The notes under the pieces are model-generated. The model had not been told where the DNA came from and searched no databases. It was given only the letters and a program-made list of their open reading frames with translations. From contig OZ024741.1 of NCBI GenBank assembly GCA_964016885.1, forward strand, positions 147,436,001-147,500,000: DNA of 64,000 nt, written 5' to 3'. The DNA comes from Eledone cirrhosa. Taxonomy: Eukaryota. Both the position numbers and the translations under genes were made by a program. Positions within the stretch are counted from its first letter, which is position 1, and every line of letters starts with the position of its first letter. Positions 24,588 to 36,945 of this stretch are shown here, piece by piece.

Positions 24588-26684
24588 ATGGCTACGAAAA
24601 AGAAATTTCATACGTCACTCCCACTCATTCCGTCTTCTTCTTCCTCAATCATCACTACAGCAGAGAGAAGATTGTCTCTCTCCCTCCCTTCTTTAAATGT
24701 GTCTCTCTCCCTCCCTTCTCTTTCGCAAGCGACGAAAGAAAAGAAAAGTCTCGTGCAAAGCGTGCAAGGTTTCTCCACGACGACGACGACAGCGACGAAA
24801 CAGGTGTGCGGGAAATACGAAAACCCAGTTCATTCGTCTGACGTCAGGAATAATAGCAGTAGCAGCCGTAATAACAACAGCAACAGTGACAATGAAAACA
24901 ACAGTAGCAGCCGCAACAGCATCACCAGCAGCATAAACAACAACAGCATTAGCAGCAGCAACACCAACAACAACCACAGCAACAGCGGCGGAGGCAGTAG
25001 TCGTAGTACCTGCAGCAACAACAAAAGTACCAGCAGCTCTGACGACAACAACAACAGCAGAGAAAAACCAATCTCATTTGCAGGTATTGCGAAAAACTTG
25101 GAAACAATCCTCATAACAAATGAGGAATTAGAGGAAGCGAAGAAGATGGTGACAAAGAACGGACACCGAGCAATCTGCAAGGCAGCGAAAAATTTTTTCG
25201 AAACCCAAGAGCACTGTACGGTCACGTACCGTACAGTAAGTACAAAATCCCGTAGGGTGGAAAGAGCCACAGAGGCCCAAATACAAAAAGCCTTGGGGTC
25301 TGTGTGGCAGAGGAAAACGCACATCACCCGAGGCAAAAAATACGCCACCGTAGACGTACTTTTTGCCACACCCCAGGAGGCCAAGGCCCAATCAGTAGTG
25401 ACCCTAAGGAGCGAGGAAATGGTGTTGGTGCCCTCCTACTGCGGGCAAAAAATTGTGAGGGTCAAACTGACCCACGTCCCCCCCGGAATGACCCCTTCTT
25501 GGCTGGCCGCGTCTGTCCTCGTCGGAATCGAGGACAAAACAACTGTACTGCAAGTACAGAAAAAAGTAAGAGAAGATTGGGTCGGCTCCTCCATTGAGAT
25601 GCTAATCCAAACCAACCAGGAGTGCATCGAAGCTATCCCGGATGTGATAGACTTCGATAACGGCACTCAACTGCCCATAAGTGTTGAGGGCAAACGCCCG
25701 AAATGCTTTCGCTGTGGATCGAAGACTCACCTCAGGGCCTTCTGCAACGAGAAGACCCTGAGAAAGGAGAAAACCCCCCTCCTTCCGAATCCGGCTCCAC
25801 GGCTACCAGCAACAGGACAAGCGGCAACCAGGAACGATAGGTCCGTGGCACCCATACCCACTCCACGGAAATCAAAGACAGCAGCAGCAGTGGAAATATT
25901 AACAACAACAACAGCAATACCAAATGCAGCTGCAACAGAGACTCCAGTGCAAACATCACCAACAACAACAAGTGAAAGAGTGGAGCTGGTACCCCTCCCC
26001 GACCTCACAGAATCAGACATGGAGTGTGAGGTGGGAGAGGGATGGCAAAAGGTCGCAAGAAGGCACAAACGCAGAAGCAGCGCATCGTCGCCTTTGAAAA
26101 GGGAGGAAAGAAATGAGAAAAGGGTAAAGTCTACTGCAAAGAGACCCACAGCAGCAACAACACCAACACCATCACCACCCACACTAGCACCACCATCACC
26201 ACCGGCGACAACCCCACCGCCAACAACACCTTCAACACCACCACCACAAGCACCAACATCGCAAACACAACAACAAAACACACACACCCAGCAACAACGA
26301 CAAGAAAATAGCAGAACCACACCCCACCCCCAGAAAAACAAATGCACGGCAATAAATACACACAACAAGAAACTAATGACTTACATAATTGAACACACAG
26401 ACATTTCACAACAGGACTACATAATACCAGCACCAATCAAAACGCCAACTAACATAAGACTGCTAAAAATAGCACAGAAACAATACACAAACATTAAAAC
26501 GAAATTCCCCAACGCAGTTGGTGATTTCAGGGACCTAGGAGGAACCATCAATCGAAGAGTATACTCAGACATTCTCTTAGAAGAGCCGACGACCAGCCGA
26601 AGGGACGATTCAACGGTCCCTTCACCAGACGATCAAGTGAAAAGGGATGTAAAAACCATCCCTCCTCTACCAAAAGTACGGTAA
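24588..26684 (+). CDS. LINE ORF1 (gag-like nucleic-acid-binding protein)
   Basis: Zinc knuckle CFRCGSKTHLRAFC, with S/N-rich and P/T-rich low-complexity regions. The first ATG is at 24588. Confidence 0.85.
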   Translation: MATKKKFHTSLPLIPSSSSSIITTAERRLSLSLPSLNVSLSLPSLSQATKEKKSLVQSVQGFSTTTTTATKQVCGKYENPVHSSDVRNNSSSSRNNNSNSDNENNSSSRNSITSSINNNSISSSNTNNNHSNSGGGSSRSTCSNNKSTSSSDDNNNSREKPISFAGIAKNLETILITNEELEEAKKMVTKNGHRAICKAAKNFFETQEHCTVTYRTVSTKSRRVERATEAQIQKALGSVWQRKTHITRGKKYATVDVLFATPQEAKAQSVVTLRSEEMVLVPSYCGQKIVRVKLTHVPPGMTPSWLAASVLVGIEDKTTVLQVQKKVREDWVGSSIEMLIQTNQECIEAIPDVIDFDNGTQLPISVEGKRPKCFRCGSKTHLRAFCNEKTLRKEKTPLLPNPAPRLPATGQAATRNDRSVAPIPTPRKSKTAAAVEILTTTTAIPNAAATETPVQTSPTTTSERVELVPLPDLTESDMECEVGEGWQKVARRHKRRSSASSPLKREERNEKRVKSTAKRPTAATTPTPSPPTLAPPSPPATTPPPTTPSTPPPQAPTSQTQQQNTHTQQQRQENSRTTPHPQKNKCTAINTHNKKLMTYIIEHTDISQQDYIIPAPIKTPTNIRLLKIAQKQYTNIKTKFPNAVGDFRDLGGTINRRVYSDILLEEPTTSRRDDSTVPSPDDQVKRDVKTIPPLPKVR

Positions 26685-26719
26685 GTGGTCTTTCCCATCT
26701 TTTCCACTCTATTTTAAAC

Positions 26720-29700
26720 ATGACCTCACTCAGAATAGGCAGCATAAATGCGCGTGGCTTGGGGTCGTCATGGAAGCAGGGTCACCTGCTCAACGACCTC
26801 AGGTCACTAAACATAGATGTAGTGGCCATCAGCGAGACCAGAATCTCCGAAGCACGGGCCTTCGTACCGATCTTCGGCGGCTACGATGTGTACGCATCTC
26901 CCAGCCGTCCTGGATCGGGTGGAGGAGTTGCTGTGCTTTTTCGGAGAGGTTTGGATCTCGCCATACGGGCCATCTTCCTGGACCCAGAGGGTAAGCTGGT
27001 GGTGCTGGACGTGACCAGCGGAGACGGGCAAGCTTTCAGGCTAGTGGCCGTCTATGCCCCGACAGGAGCAGGGCGGCCTGATTTCTTCCGGCGTCTGGAG
27101 ACCTTTCTTGGAACGTCCCGCTCTTTAGTGTTAGTGGGCGACTGGAACGGGATCTTAGATGCACGCTGGGACTGTGTGGGATTAGCGGATAGGGGTGGAG
27201 GGTGCAAGAGCCTCACCAACCTGCTCAGGCGTTTTGAACTGTCTGACAGGTACCGATTGGATTTCCCGAATGTGCCAATGTGGACTTGGACAAACCGCAT
27301 AGGGTCATCCAGATCATATCTAGATAGAGTATTTTGTAGGGAAATAGATAGGTCTAGCATAGGCTGTCCACAATTCAAGATAGTCAGCTACACGGACCAC
27401 AAATTCGTGATCTGTGTGCTTGACTTAGATAGGCTTCATAGACGAGGACCCGGCTACTGGAAGCTAAACGCGTCCTTACCAGCGCGCAAGGCCTACAGAG
27501 ACCGGATTAGCGAACTAGTTAAGCGGGCGTTGACGGGGGCCATCGTCAACAACAAGTGGTGGTTTGCTCTGAAAAGAGCGATTAGAATAGAATCGATTAG
27601 GTTTAGTAAGGCTTTAGCAATAGAGAAAAATAGAGCAGAGGGAGAACTAGTTAGAAAATTAGACGAGGCGCTTAGCAAAGGCATTGCGACCGACGTGCTT
27701 GCGGCGAAATTGGCCCTTGACCAATTCTTCAATGCAAAGCACGAAGGCTGCGTTGTCAGAGCTAGGGTGCGTGCTCTCAGACACGAGGGGACGAAAGCCG
27801 TTCAATGGGCCCGAGTGGCGGAGGCGCGTCGTGGCAACAAAGCCACGATCCGGTCTTTGGTGGACCACGACGGGCGCATGCTACTCGATCCCGGGCAAAT
27901 GTGTGAAGCTTTTCAGCGACACTTCGCTCAGCTGTTCGGGGGCAGCGGGGGGCCGGGTAGAGGGATGGACTTTAGTGTCTACCTCGACGGACTGCCGCGG
28001 CTCTCGGCCACTGAGGCGAAGTGTTGCGAAAAGCCGATAACAGCCGCTGAAGTAAGGGAGGCAATGACTGGCTGCACAAGGGGTAAATCGCCTGGTTTGA
28101 ATGGTCTGCCCTATGAACTTTACGTACAGATGCCAGACTTGTTCGGAGGCCTCTTGGCGGACGTCTACTGCAACTGGCAACAGAACGGGAGAATTCCCAG
28201 TTCTGTGAGCCGAGGAGCGGTGGCACTGCTGAGAAAGGATCCGAACAAGGGGGATAATATAGACAATTTCCGGCCCATAACTCTGCTAAACACAGAGTTT
28301 AAGATTTTGGCCAAGGTGCTAGCAAAGAGGTTGGCGCTTGTCGTTGGTGGTCTGGTGGGAGAGGCGCAGACATGCGCCATTCCCGACAGATCCATCCACG
28401 ACAACCTCCACCTCATGCGATACATCGTAGAGAGGGTAGCTAGGGAACCTGGCACGGGTGGGTCCTTGATCAATTTAGATCAGTCGAAAGCTTTCGATAG
28501 GGTCGACCATCGTTACCTAGCGGCAGTCCTGAGGGCGGCTGGCTTTGGGCCCGTCTTCAGAGGCTGGATCGCTGCCATGCACAGCGACATCTGCTCTGTG
28601 GTGAGAGTGAACGGTCACCTGTCGGAACCGTTCAACATCATGCGCTCGGTCCGCCAAGGATGTCCCCTCTCGTCCCTCTTGTACGTATTGACTCTCGAGC
28701 CATTACTGCACAAACTGGAGACGTTGAGGGGGGTCCCGCGCGAACTAGGATGCGGAAGATCCGTATCAGCATATGCGGACGATGTCACCGTAGTGGTGTC
28801 GAACGCCAAACACATCGAGGCGATCGGCACTACACTAAGAGAATACGAAGCGGTGACAGGAGCAATGATCAACCAGGAAAAGTCAGTGGGCCTGCAGCTC
28901 GGCACCTGGAGAGGCAGGTCCATGCCGTCCAACAGCGTCGTCGGACGCTGGACGGACGGACCGGTTAAATTGCTAGGGGTCTGGTTCGGTCCGGACCTCC
29001 AGACGGACAAAAACTGGGACGAGGTGACGAGCAGGGTGGCTTCTCTCACCCAGAAATGGGCCGAGAGGAAGCTATCCCTGAAAGGTCGAGCGGAGGTGGC
29101 TAACGCGTACATCGCGTCCGTCATCTGCTACCGCCTGACCGTCGTACCTTGTCCTAAGCCTCGCCTGACTGTGCTGGAGCGTTTGCTCTTTCGCTTTTTG
29201 TGGAAGGGACGCGCTCCGATGGTCAGGCGGTCCATCTGTTGTCAACACCCGCTACGTGGAGGGCTGGGCATGCCGTGGCTGATGATGCGCAGGCACGCGC
29301 TCAGGCTACGACATCTCCACCTCTTCCTCGACGGTGATCAGGTGTGGTCGCCGTTTGCTAGACGCGTGTTTCCCCAGCTCGTTTCCTTGACGGAGCTGCA
29401 GTCCTGGGTCAAGCGAAGACCGAGAGGGAGCGCCTGGAGACTGGAATGTCTTCAGGCGCTCACAGCCCTCGACCAATCGGGCAATGTGATCGGTGGAAAC
29501 TCCACCTCGGCGTTCTATAGAGGATTAGTGGAGGGGAAGAGCGACGACGTACTTGGGGAAACTCTAGGCGTCGACGAAAATCAACTAGCCAATCTCTTCG
29601 GAAGAACTTTCGGGCCAGGGCCTATGGACAACTTCCAGAAATCTCTGGCCTGGCAGTGCTACCGAGGAGCCTTGCCAGTTCGGGATAAACTCTACAGGCA

Positions 29701-30139
29701 TGGAGGTGCCGTCAGTCGGGCATGTCCGAGATGCGCGCAGGGCGACGAAACCGTCCTGCACGCACTCGTCCAGTGTCCGAAAATTGCTGACTTGTGGGTT
29801 TATGTCGAACACCTGCTGTCGCGTTTAGGACGGATCCGGCTATCATCTGAGTCCATCGTGAGGATTGCCCCGCCCTCCTCCTTTAGCCGGGAAGGGCAGG
29901 CAGTTTTTATCTGCCTGGTGGCCATGGCGAAAGAGATAGTATGGTGGACACGTTTGAAAGGGCTGAAGACGAGCACTTACCTCTTCGGTGATGCTCTGAT
30001 TGACTTTTTCAAATTTCATTTGAAAAGGAAAATCAGACTAGAGAGGGAAGTGCTCTCTTCCCAGCATTTTGTTGAAAGATGGGTGAGAGAAGCAAGAATG
30101 GCCCGAGTGAATGGGCCTACTCTGAGCATATATCTGTAA
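26720..30139 (+). CDS. LINE ORF2: APE endonuclease, reverse transcriptase, C-terminal zinc finger
   Basis: SINARGL, ISET, GDWN, YLDR, TDH; YWKLNAS; NFRPITLLN, LDQSKAFDRV, VRQGCPLS, YADD; CPRC..ETVLHALVQC. 1139 aa with no stops. Confidence 0.95.
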   Translation: MTSLRIGSINARGLGSSWKQGHLLNDLRSLNIDVVAISETRISEARAFVPIFGGYDVYASPSRPGSGGGVAVLFRRGLDLAIRAIFLDPEGKLVVLDVTSGDGQAFRLVAVYAPTGAGRPDFFRRLETFLGTSRSLVLVGDWNGILDARWDCVGLADRGGGCKSLTNLLRRFELSDRYRLDFPNVPMWTWTNRIGSSRSYLDRVFCREIDRSSIGCPQFKIVSYTDHKFVICVLDLDRLHRRGPGYWKLNASLPARKAYRDRISELVKRALTGAIVNNKWWFALKRAIRIESIRFSKALAIEKNRAEGELVRKLDEALSKGIATDVLAAKLALDQFFNAKHEGCVVRARVRALRHEGTKAVQWARVAEARRGNKATIRSLVDHDGRMLLDPGQMCEAFQRHFAQLFGGSGGPGRGMDFSVYLDGLPRLSATEAKCCEKPITAAEVREAMTGCTRGKSPGLNGLPYELYVQMPDLFGGLLADVYCNWQQNGRIPSSVSRGAVALLRKDPNKGDNIDNFRPITLLNTEFKILAKVLAKRLALVVGGLVGEAQTCAIPDRSIHDNLHLMRYIVERVAREPGTGGSLINLDQSKAFDRVDHRYLAAVLRAAGFGPVFRGWIAAMHSDICSVVRVNGHLSEPFNIMRSVRQGCPLSSLLYVLTLEPLLHKLETLRGVPRELGCGRSVSAYADDVTVVVSNAKHIEAIGTTLREYEAVTGAMINQEKSVGLQLGTWRGRSMPSNSVVGRWTDGPVKLLGVWFGPDLQTDKNWDEVTSRVASLTQKWAERKLSLKGRAEVANAYIASVICYRLTVVPCPKPRLTVLERLLFRFLWKGRAPMVRRSICCQHPLRGGLGMPWLMMRRHALRLRHLHLFLDGDQVWSPFARRVFPQLVSLTELQSWVKRRPRGSAWRLECLQALTALDQSGNVIGGNSTSAFYRGLVEGKSDDVLGETLGVDENQLANLFGRTFGPGPMDNFQKSLAWQCYRGALPVRDKLYRHGGAVSRACPRCAQGDETVLHALVQCPKIADLWVYVEHLLSRLGRIRLSSESIVRIAPPSSFSREGQAVFICLVAMAKEIVWWTRLKGLKTSTYLFGDALIDFFKFHLKRKIRLEREVLSSQHFVERWVREARMARVNGPTLSIYL

Positions 30140-30437
30140 ATTAAAGGTGGAAAACTGGGAGAGGGCACTTGCCTTGGTGGTCAGGGTCATTGTGGCTTTT
30201 TACTGGGCTTTCTCCACAAATGTCCCTCCGAAGTCTCCCCCCTATTGGGGAATTTTTCATTGTTATTTTCATTGTTATTTTTGTTACATCCTGTTTTTGT
30301 TTTTTTACACGCAGAAATGCCCATTTGTACCGTCCTGCATTGTCCTGCACTGTCCTTAATGTCTACTTTATGTAAACCCTTGTGGTTAATAAAGAAATCA
30401 TTATAAAATAGAAACAATTATTATTATTAATAATAAT

Positions 30438-31225
30438 CATTTCTAGTATAGGCACAACGGCAGTAATTTATTTTTGGGGGGAGTTGATTAAATCAATCCC
30501 TGTACGTTACTGGTGCTTTATTTTATCGACCCCGCAAGGATGAAAGGCAAAGCTAACCCCGGCGGGATTTGAACTAAGAACGTAAAGGGTCGTAACTCGA
30601 TGCCACAAAGAATATTGATACTGCATAATAGTTGTTTCTACTTTAGGCACAAGGCGAACAACTTGAAAGGGAGGCGAAAGTCAACTAAATCGACCTCAGT
30701 ACATTACTGGTGCCTTATTTTATCGACCCCGTAAGGATGAAAAGTAAAGGACCATAACGCTATGCCACGAAATATGGTGTCAGACGCTCTACCGATACTG
30801 CATAATAATAATAATAATAATTGTTTCTACTTTTGGCACAAGGCCAGCAATTAACCAGTGTATTACTGGTACTTTATTTTATCGACCCCGTAAGGATGAA
30901 AGGCAAAGTTAACCTCGGCGGGATTTGAACACAGATCGTAAAGGGACGTAACTATGCTGGAAAGCATGTCCGACCCTCTACCGATACTGCCAATTCACCA
31001 ATAATAATAATAATAATAATAATTGTTTTTTTATATAGGCACAAGGCCTGTAATTTGGTGGAGGAGAAAGTCGATTAAATCGACTCCAGTGCGTGACTGG
31101 TACTTTATTTTATCGACCGCGTAAGGATGAAAGGCAAAGTTAACCTCGGCGGGATTTGAACTCAGATCATAAAGGGCCGTAACTCTATGCTGTAAAGCAT
31201 GGTGTCCGACTATGTACCGATAATA
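30438..31225 (-). mobile_element. Cluster of four head-to-tail SINE copies separated by (AAT)n
   Basis: The SINE core is repeated at ~30438, 30632, 30820 and 31025. More copies lie at ~31822-32015 (+), 32100-32265 (-), 33507-33695 (-) and 33855-34000 (+, decayed). Confidence 0.85.
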
Positions 31226-32639
31226 CAAAGTTTCTAATATTGGCAGAAGGCCCCCCCCCCCCCTCCAATAATTATATTTTTCTCCTCAAACTACCAAAAC
31301 CCACATCTATTTGTATATACGCTAAAGTTTATGTTCATGTTATGTTTATCGCATATGGAAGTTTTTTATATCCTGGTTGATATTTGATAAAAACAGCTAA
31401 ACTAATTACTACAACTAAATTAATCAAATTCTTCCCCCCGCCCCCCAATTCAGAAATATTTCCACCGCCCCTGTTATATGTTTCAATTAATTTTGGAAAA
31501 AAAACGAGAATTTGCAGAGATTTAGTAAAATAGCTAACGTTTTCATTATTAAGCTGGTGTTTAGGATTTTAATATAATTATAAACACTTTAAAAGGAACA
31601 GTTTTATTCCCATAAAATCGGGAACTGTTTCAGGCAGGTTAATATCAAGAGGTTTAAACAAACCGAAAGAATAGATCTCAAATATACAACATAAAGAACA
31701 TATGGAATATTTTACATAAGTTACTTCACAAGACATCTGGGTGTGCCAGTGACTGTTCACCTTGTCAGCTAATATGAACAGACGACACTTACATGTTTAG
31801 CAACATTTGACAGTATTGATAGAGCATTGGACAACATGCTTCACTGCATAGAGTTACGGCCCTTTACGTTCAGATTTCAAATCCCGCCGAGGTTAGCTTT
31901 GCCTTTCATCCTTATGGGGGTCAATAAAATAAAGGAACAATCACGCACAGGGGTCGATTTAATCGACTTTTCTCTCCAGCAAAATTGCTGGTCTCGTGCC
32001 TAGATAAGAAACCATTATATATAGAAGTTGTTGACATCACAGGTCGTTAGTTTATAGATCGACCACGAATTGACTTTATATACAAACGAAAAATAATAAC
32101 TGTTTCTACTTTTGGCACAAGGCCAGCAATTAACCAGTATATTACTGGTACTTTATTTTATCGACCCGGTAAGGATGAAAGGCAAAGTTAACCTCGGCGG
32201 GATTTGAACTCAGTCCGTAAAGGGACGTAACTATGCTGGAAAGCATGGCGTCCGACCCTCGACCGATCGGGGGGGGGGGGGCAAGAGAGAGAGAGAGAGA
32301 GAAAGCTGTGCTGAAATAGACACGTCCAGCCCATGCAATCATGGATAAGCGGACGTGAAAAGATGATGATATACACACAAACAAATATATGTATATATAC
32401 ACACACACACATATATATATTATATATATTCCTTACTTGATGTGTGTGTGTTTGGATATACATATATGTGTGTGCGTGTATGACTCATTAATGGTACGAT
32501 TAGATACAGAATTTAGAGATTTCTGACAGTTTGATTGGCTATTCGGATTAATGATGTGGAAAGATAAGTTTGAAATTAACAAGAAAAGCCTGCAAATATT
32601 AAATAACCCTCAGATCTTGACAAACATCATATAACCATA

Positions 32640-32734
<95 letters not shown>

Positions 32735-34868
32735 GCGCGTGCAGTATATGATACATACATACATATATACATACATACATATACAAATATATTATTTATA
32801 ATGTATAATTTATTGTATGTGTTTTAATGAATGTATTTCAAGCCAGCTTCATATCTAGTCCTGTTATACATATAATGGCATATGCTAATATAAACACGTT
32901 AGTATTATACATATATAATAGATAATGATTGATATGTAGGTATGTATTTATATAAATATGTATTTATACATCTATCGATTTATCTATCTGTCGATCCCTT
33001 CCTGTTTGTATGTAACATATTCTTGCATAGCACTTGTTGATGTAGCTATGATATGGTCAATGCTATCAATGTGAGTATTTTGTGGTTTATAGAATTTGAT
33101 ATCACAGCTCTTGCCTTTGCACTCCGGCTAGACTATTGTTTTTTCTGCTGTCTTGCTAAGTGGATATTATCCTTGTAACATTGTCAGCTATTCCATTGTT
33201 AATAATTTGGATTTGTGATTCTGTAGGGAGAATGCTAAAATTTCTTTACCACAGGGCAATTTCAGTAGGAAAGCCATATCTGATAATGTGGAATCCTTTC
33301 AAGTAAAATGTAATAACAAAGATTTAATGCAATACTATAATTATCACAAGTCCCTTCCAGATTCTGATTCTTGGCAATCGGGTCTAATATAATATATCAT
33401 TTTATTCTTTTTATTGATTGCAACCATTTTACTGGCCATGCTTGAGCACCACCCTCATGGGTTTTATTGATAATATCGAAATAACTACTTATTTCATTGC
33501 AATATAATTGTTTCGACTTTTGGCACAAGGCCAGCAAATACCCAGTGCATTACTGGTACTTTATTTTATTGACCCCGTAAGGATGAAAGGTAAAGTTTAC
33601 CTCGGCGGGATTTGAACTCACAACGTAAAGGCGTCATAACTCTATGCTACAAAGCATGGTTTAACGCTCTACCGGTACTGCCAATCCACCGCCTATTGTA
33701 ATATAATCAAAATTGAATATAATTTCGATTACATTACAATAAAAGTGGCAGCTAGATGTAATTTGAATTTTTTATTTTTTTATTTTAGTAAGCAAACTAA
33801 GATATTATTTCTTGCTTACATATAGTAGCAAATTGGCAAATTGGCAGTTATCTGAGTGCCGTATTATAATGTTTTATGGCATTTGTTCCGCTACTTTGTA
33901 ATCTGAGATCAAATTCTGCCAAAGTCAACTTTACCATTCATCATTTGGGAATTAATAAAATAAAGTACCAGTACTAGTGTCGATTTCATCAACTATTCAC
34001 CTAAAAAAAATAATTACAGTTTTCAAACAATCGTAATCCGCAGATATCTGATATCATAAAATTAGACATCCTTTCACATTGCTTCTGATATATATTTAAC
34101 TCTTAACATCCTATAATGATTCAGCAGAAAATGCCTAAAAGATAGTTTGTTAAAGTTTATAGTATCTTTGTTTATAAATATTTATATTATCCCTGTGAAA
34201 ATTTACAGCATTAGAGTAAAGATTTTCATTTGTAATGATAAGTCATAGTGCTGTTTTGTACTTCTGTATTATCGTGACGCAGTCAGAGTACCGTTTTCTA
34301 CTATTGTATTAATGTAATACAATCATAGTACTATTTCGTAATTTAGTACTAATAGGATACAGTCATAGTGCTGTTTTATACTTTTCAATAATGCCTTGCT
34401 AACGTAGTTTTATGTGGTTCAGAATGTCAAGAATTAGGTTTTTCAAACAGTTCAAATTTCCAACTATCTTTAAATTATTCATGTGACTAACGGTTTAGCT
34501 TCATCTTATAATAACAGTGACTTGTTCATATTTGACAAACTATCAATATGAAATAATTAGATTCCGTTGCTAAAATATGTACAATTGCGCCACAATAATT
34601 CTTGATTTTTCTTGATGCTTTTTTTTCTTTGTAATGAGATGTTTCTGTCATTAATGTGTTTTGTATGAAAACGAGACGTAACATGTTTTATTTGTAATAT
34701 TTTACCCTAAAATTAGAAAGTTAGAAATAACTTCAAACGCTTGTTTAAGCTAATGGTATATATTCAAATAGAAATAAACTTGACATGTAATGTAATATGT
34801 ACTTTATTTAATACAGTTCTTATTAATCTTCCATGTCAGATTATCATATCCATATATGTATATATATG

Positions 34869-34931
<63 letters not shown>

Positions 34932-35538
34932 ATACGTGTATGTATATACATATGGAGATAGTATTTAAATGATATTGACGAGAGTGATAATATTTGTATT
35001 TGTGTATTGTGTATCAACAGAAGTCACCAGTGAAGCAGTTTATAACATAAGATGATGATGTATTATGTCATCAGTATAGCAGCATGTAATAGTCATCATT
35101 TTACTAGTATAGTATTACTTTTAGCAGCGTGTAATATGTAACAATAATGTTAACGACAACATGTAGTTCGTTGTAACAGAATTTATTAACAATGTTTAAG
35201 GTGAGAAGAGCTGTATTAAGCTTGGTTGGTTGGCATACCAAATGAAATGAAGAAACAAATTAAGATCTGTAAGAGAAGACACGGTCCAGTGGCTGAAGTG
35301 AGAAGCCAGGCCGTGGTTATGTTGTTGGTTACATATTGGAATGATATTTGCGGAGCAAAAGCAAATGGTTGTTTACCTTAGCAAGGTCAAGCTGCAAGAG
35401 AATTAGTTTATTAAAAGAAGCGGGAATTTTTCCATTTGGACGGAAGTTGAGATACATATCCCTACGCTGATAGCGATTGGCTCAACGTGCGGAAAGGGTA
35501 TCAATGCGCCAAAGGAAAGTAGCTTGCTACATATGTAT

Positions 35539-36110
35539 ATCTATCTATCTAGGGCGGGTAAAATTCCCGAGATCCATGGACGAGTTCTCTCCAGCGGTCT
35601 CTGTCCCTCATTATCGCTGCCATGTCCTGCGTCTCCAACAGACGAGTGTCTGTCCTTAGGACATCAACATACGTTAACCTTGGTCTTCCTCTTCCAGTGT
35701 GTCCATGTAAGGGCTCCCACAGGAGCACTGAGTGCAATGTCAACTCTGGATGCCGGTGAGCATGTCCAGCTAACCTCAATCTCCTCTGTGTCCCTTTTGA
35801 GCTGACTTTTTGGAGGCTTCCATACACTCTGAGTTTTTCATCCTCAGTGAATACTGATTAATGTTCAGAGCCATCCTCAGCATTCTCGTGTAGCACCCAT
35901 CCACCATCTGAGTGAGTTTCTTGGTCAGTGTCCAAGTCTCAGACCCGTACAGCAGCACAGACTCCACTAGAGCAATGAAGAGGCGGATTTCAGGTCTTTA
36001 CGAAGGTCCGACTTCCACACCGATCTCAAGCTGTGGCACGCCGCCCAGGCTTTGCTCTTCCTCTCAACCACATCATCTTCCGTATTCCCAATCTTTGCTC
36101 ACAAATACAG

Positions 36111-36183
<73 letters not shown>

Positions 36184-36283
36184 GAATGAGACTAAAACAA
36201 ATATCTGGTAGAGAATGTTGAGAAGCCAGAGGGGATCACTAATGTAGGCGGGAAGCCGCTAGAATTGGTTGAGGACTTCCTGT
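35539..36283 (-). mobile_element. 5'-truncated, 5'-inverted copy of the RTE LINE
   Basis: 35539-36113 is the reverse complement of ~21564-22140. 36181-36283 (+) matches 21467-21571. A (TA)n tract sits at the inversion junction. Confidence 0.92.
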
Positions 36284-36397
36284 ATAAAATTTATTCTTAA
36301 AGCTTGCTAGATTTGATTTTGTATATCGTTAATTATGCTAATTAGAAGAAGAAATAGTATATATTTTAATATTTGATGATTCTAAAGACATGATTTA

Positions 36398-36436
<39 letters not shown>

Positions 36437-36437
<1 letters not shown>

Positions 36438-36945
36438 TAGCTGACTCGTCCGGCTGGCGCCCGGCTAGGTATACCGGCATTTTATCTTTTTAGGAATCCC
36501 CCCTCCACTCTAGTGCAAAGATACCGCACGCCCTCTCAAGTCAGCGAGGGTGGGAGTAACGTGCTCTGATGTTGGGTGGGTTTGAATAGTTTTTAAGATT
36601 CCCCAGTTCAGCAGCCAGTACGTTAAAGAAAATTGATAGTTACAACAATAAAGGCTGAACAGAGAACACATTTTTTAACAAACTTTACAATAATTTGTAC
36701 AACCATAATGGAAATTCCAAGTAACAGAAAATACATAAATTACATTGTTAGAGCCTCAGAGTATACAATATTTGTTGTTCGGCCCTCGGGAACAAAGATG
36801 AAGAGATTGTTTGGCGAGCTCACCCTAGAGCATCCTACATACAATTGATCATGGGAGAAGCATGGTTTTTCCAGATGAAGGCCAGCCACTTTTAGGGTTT
36901 GACCCCGAGCTTTGTTGATGGTAATCGCGAAGCTTAGTCTCTCTG
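36437..36945 (-). mobile_element. Helitron 3' fragment with Pif1-like helicase C-terminus
   Basis: The - strand encodes RLSFAITINKARGQTLKVAGLHLEKPCFSHDQLYVGCSRVSSPNNL..TTNIVYSEAL. It ends in a GC-rich subterminal stretch plus CTAG at 36437-36440. Confidence 0.85.

Larger units (their letters stand above)
24376..30417 (+). mobile_element. Full-length, apparently intact L1/Tx1-clade LINE
   Basis: It has two uninterrupted ORFs and AATAAA at 30388. It is flanked by ttattattatt at 24365-24375 and 30418-30428 (possible TSD in a TTA microsatellite). Confidence 0.92.

Noticed and set aside
25727-29812. Antisense and alternative-frame ORFs within the LINE
   Set aside because: They are shadow ORFs of GC-rich or low-complexity coding sequence.
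32480-32600. Possible - strand exon after ttgcag
   Set aside because: No convincing donor site or recognisable peptide.
33226-33392. Possible host terminal exon (ENAKISLPQG..WQSGLI*) after ttctgtag
   Set aside because: It is a short open stretch with no recognisable domain and no partner exons. It cannot be supported without RNA-seq or homology.
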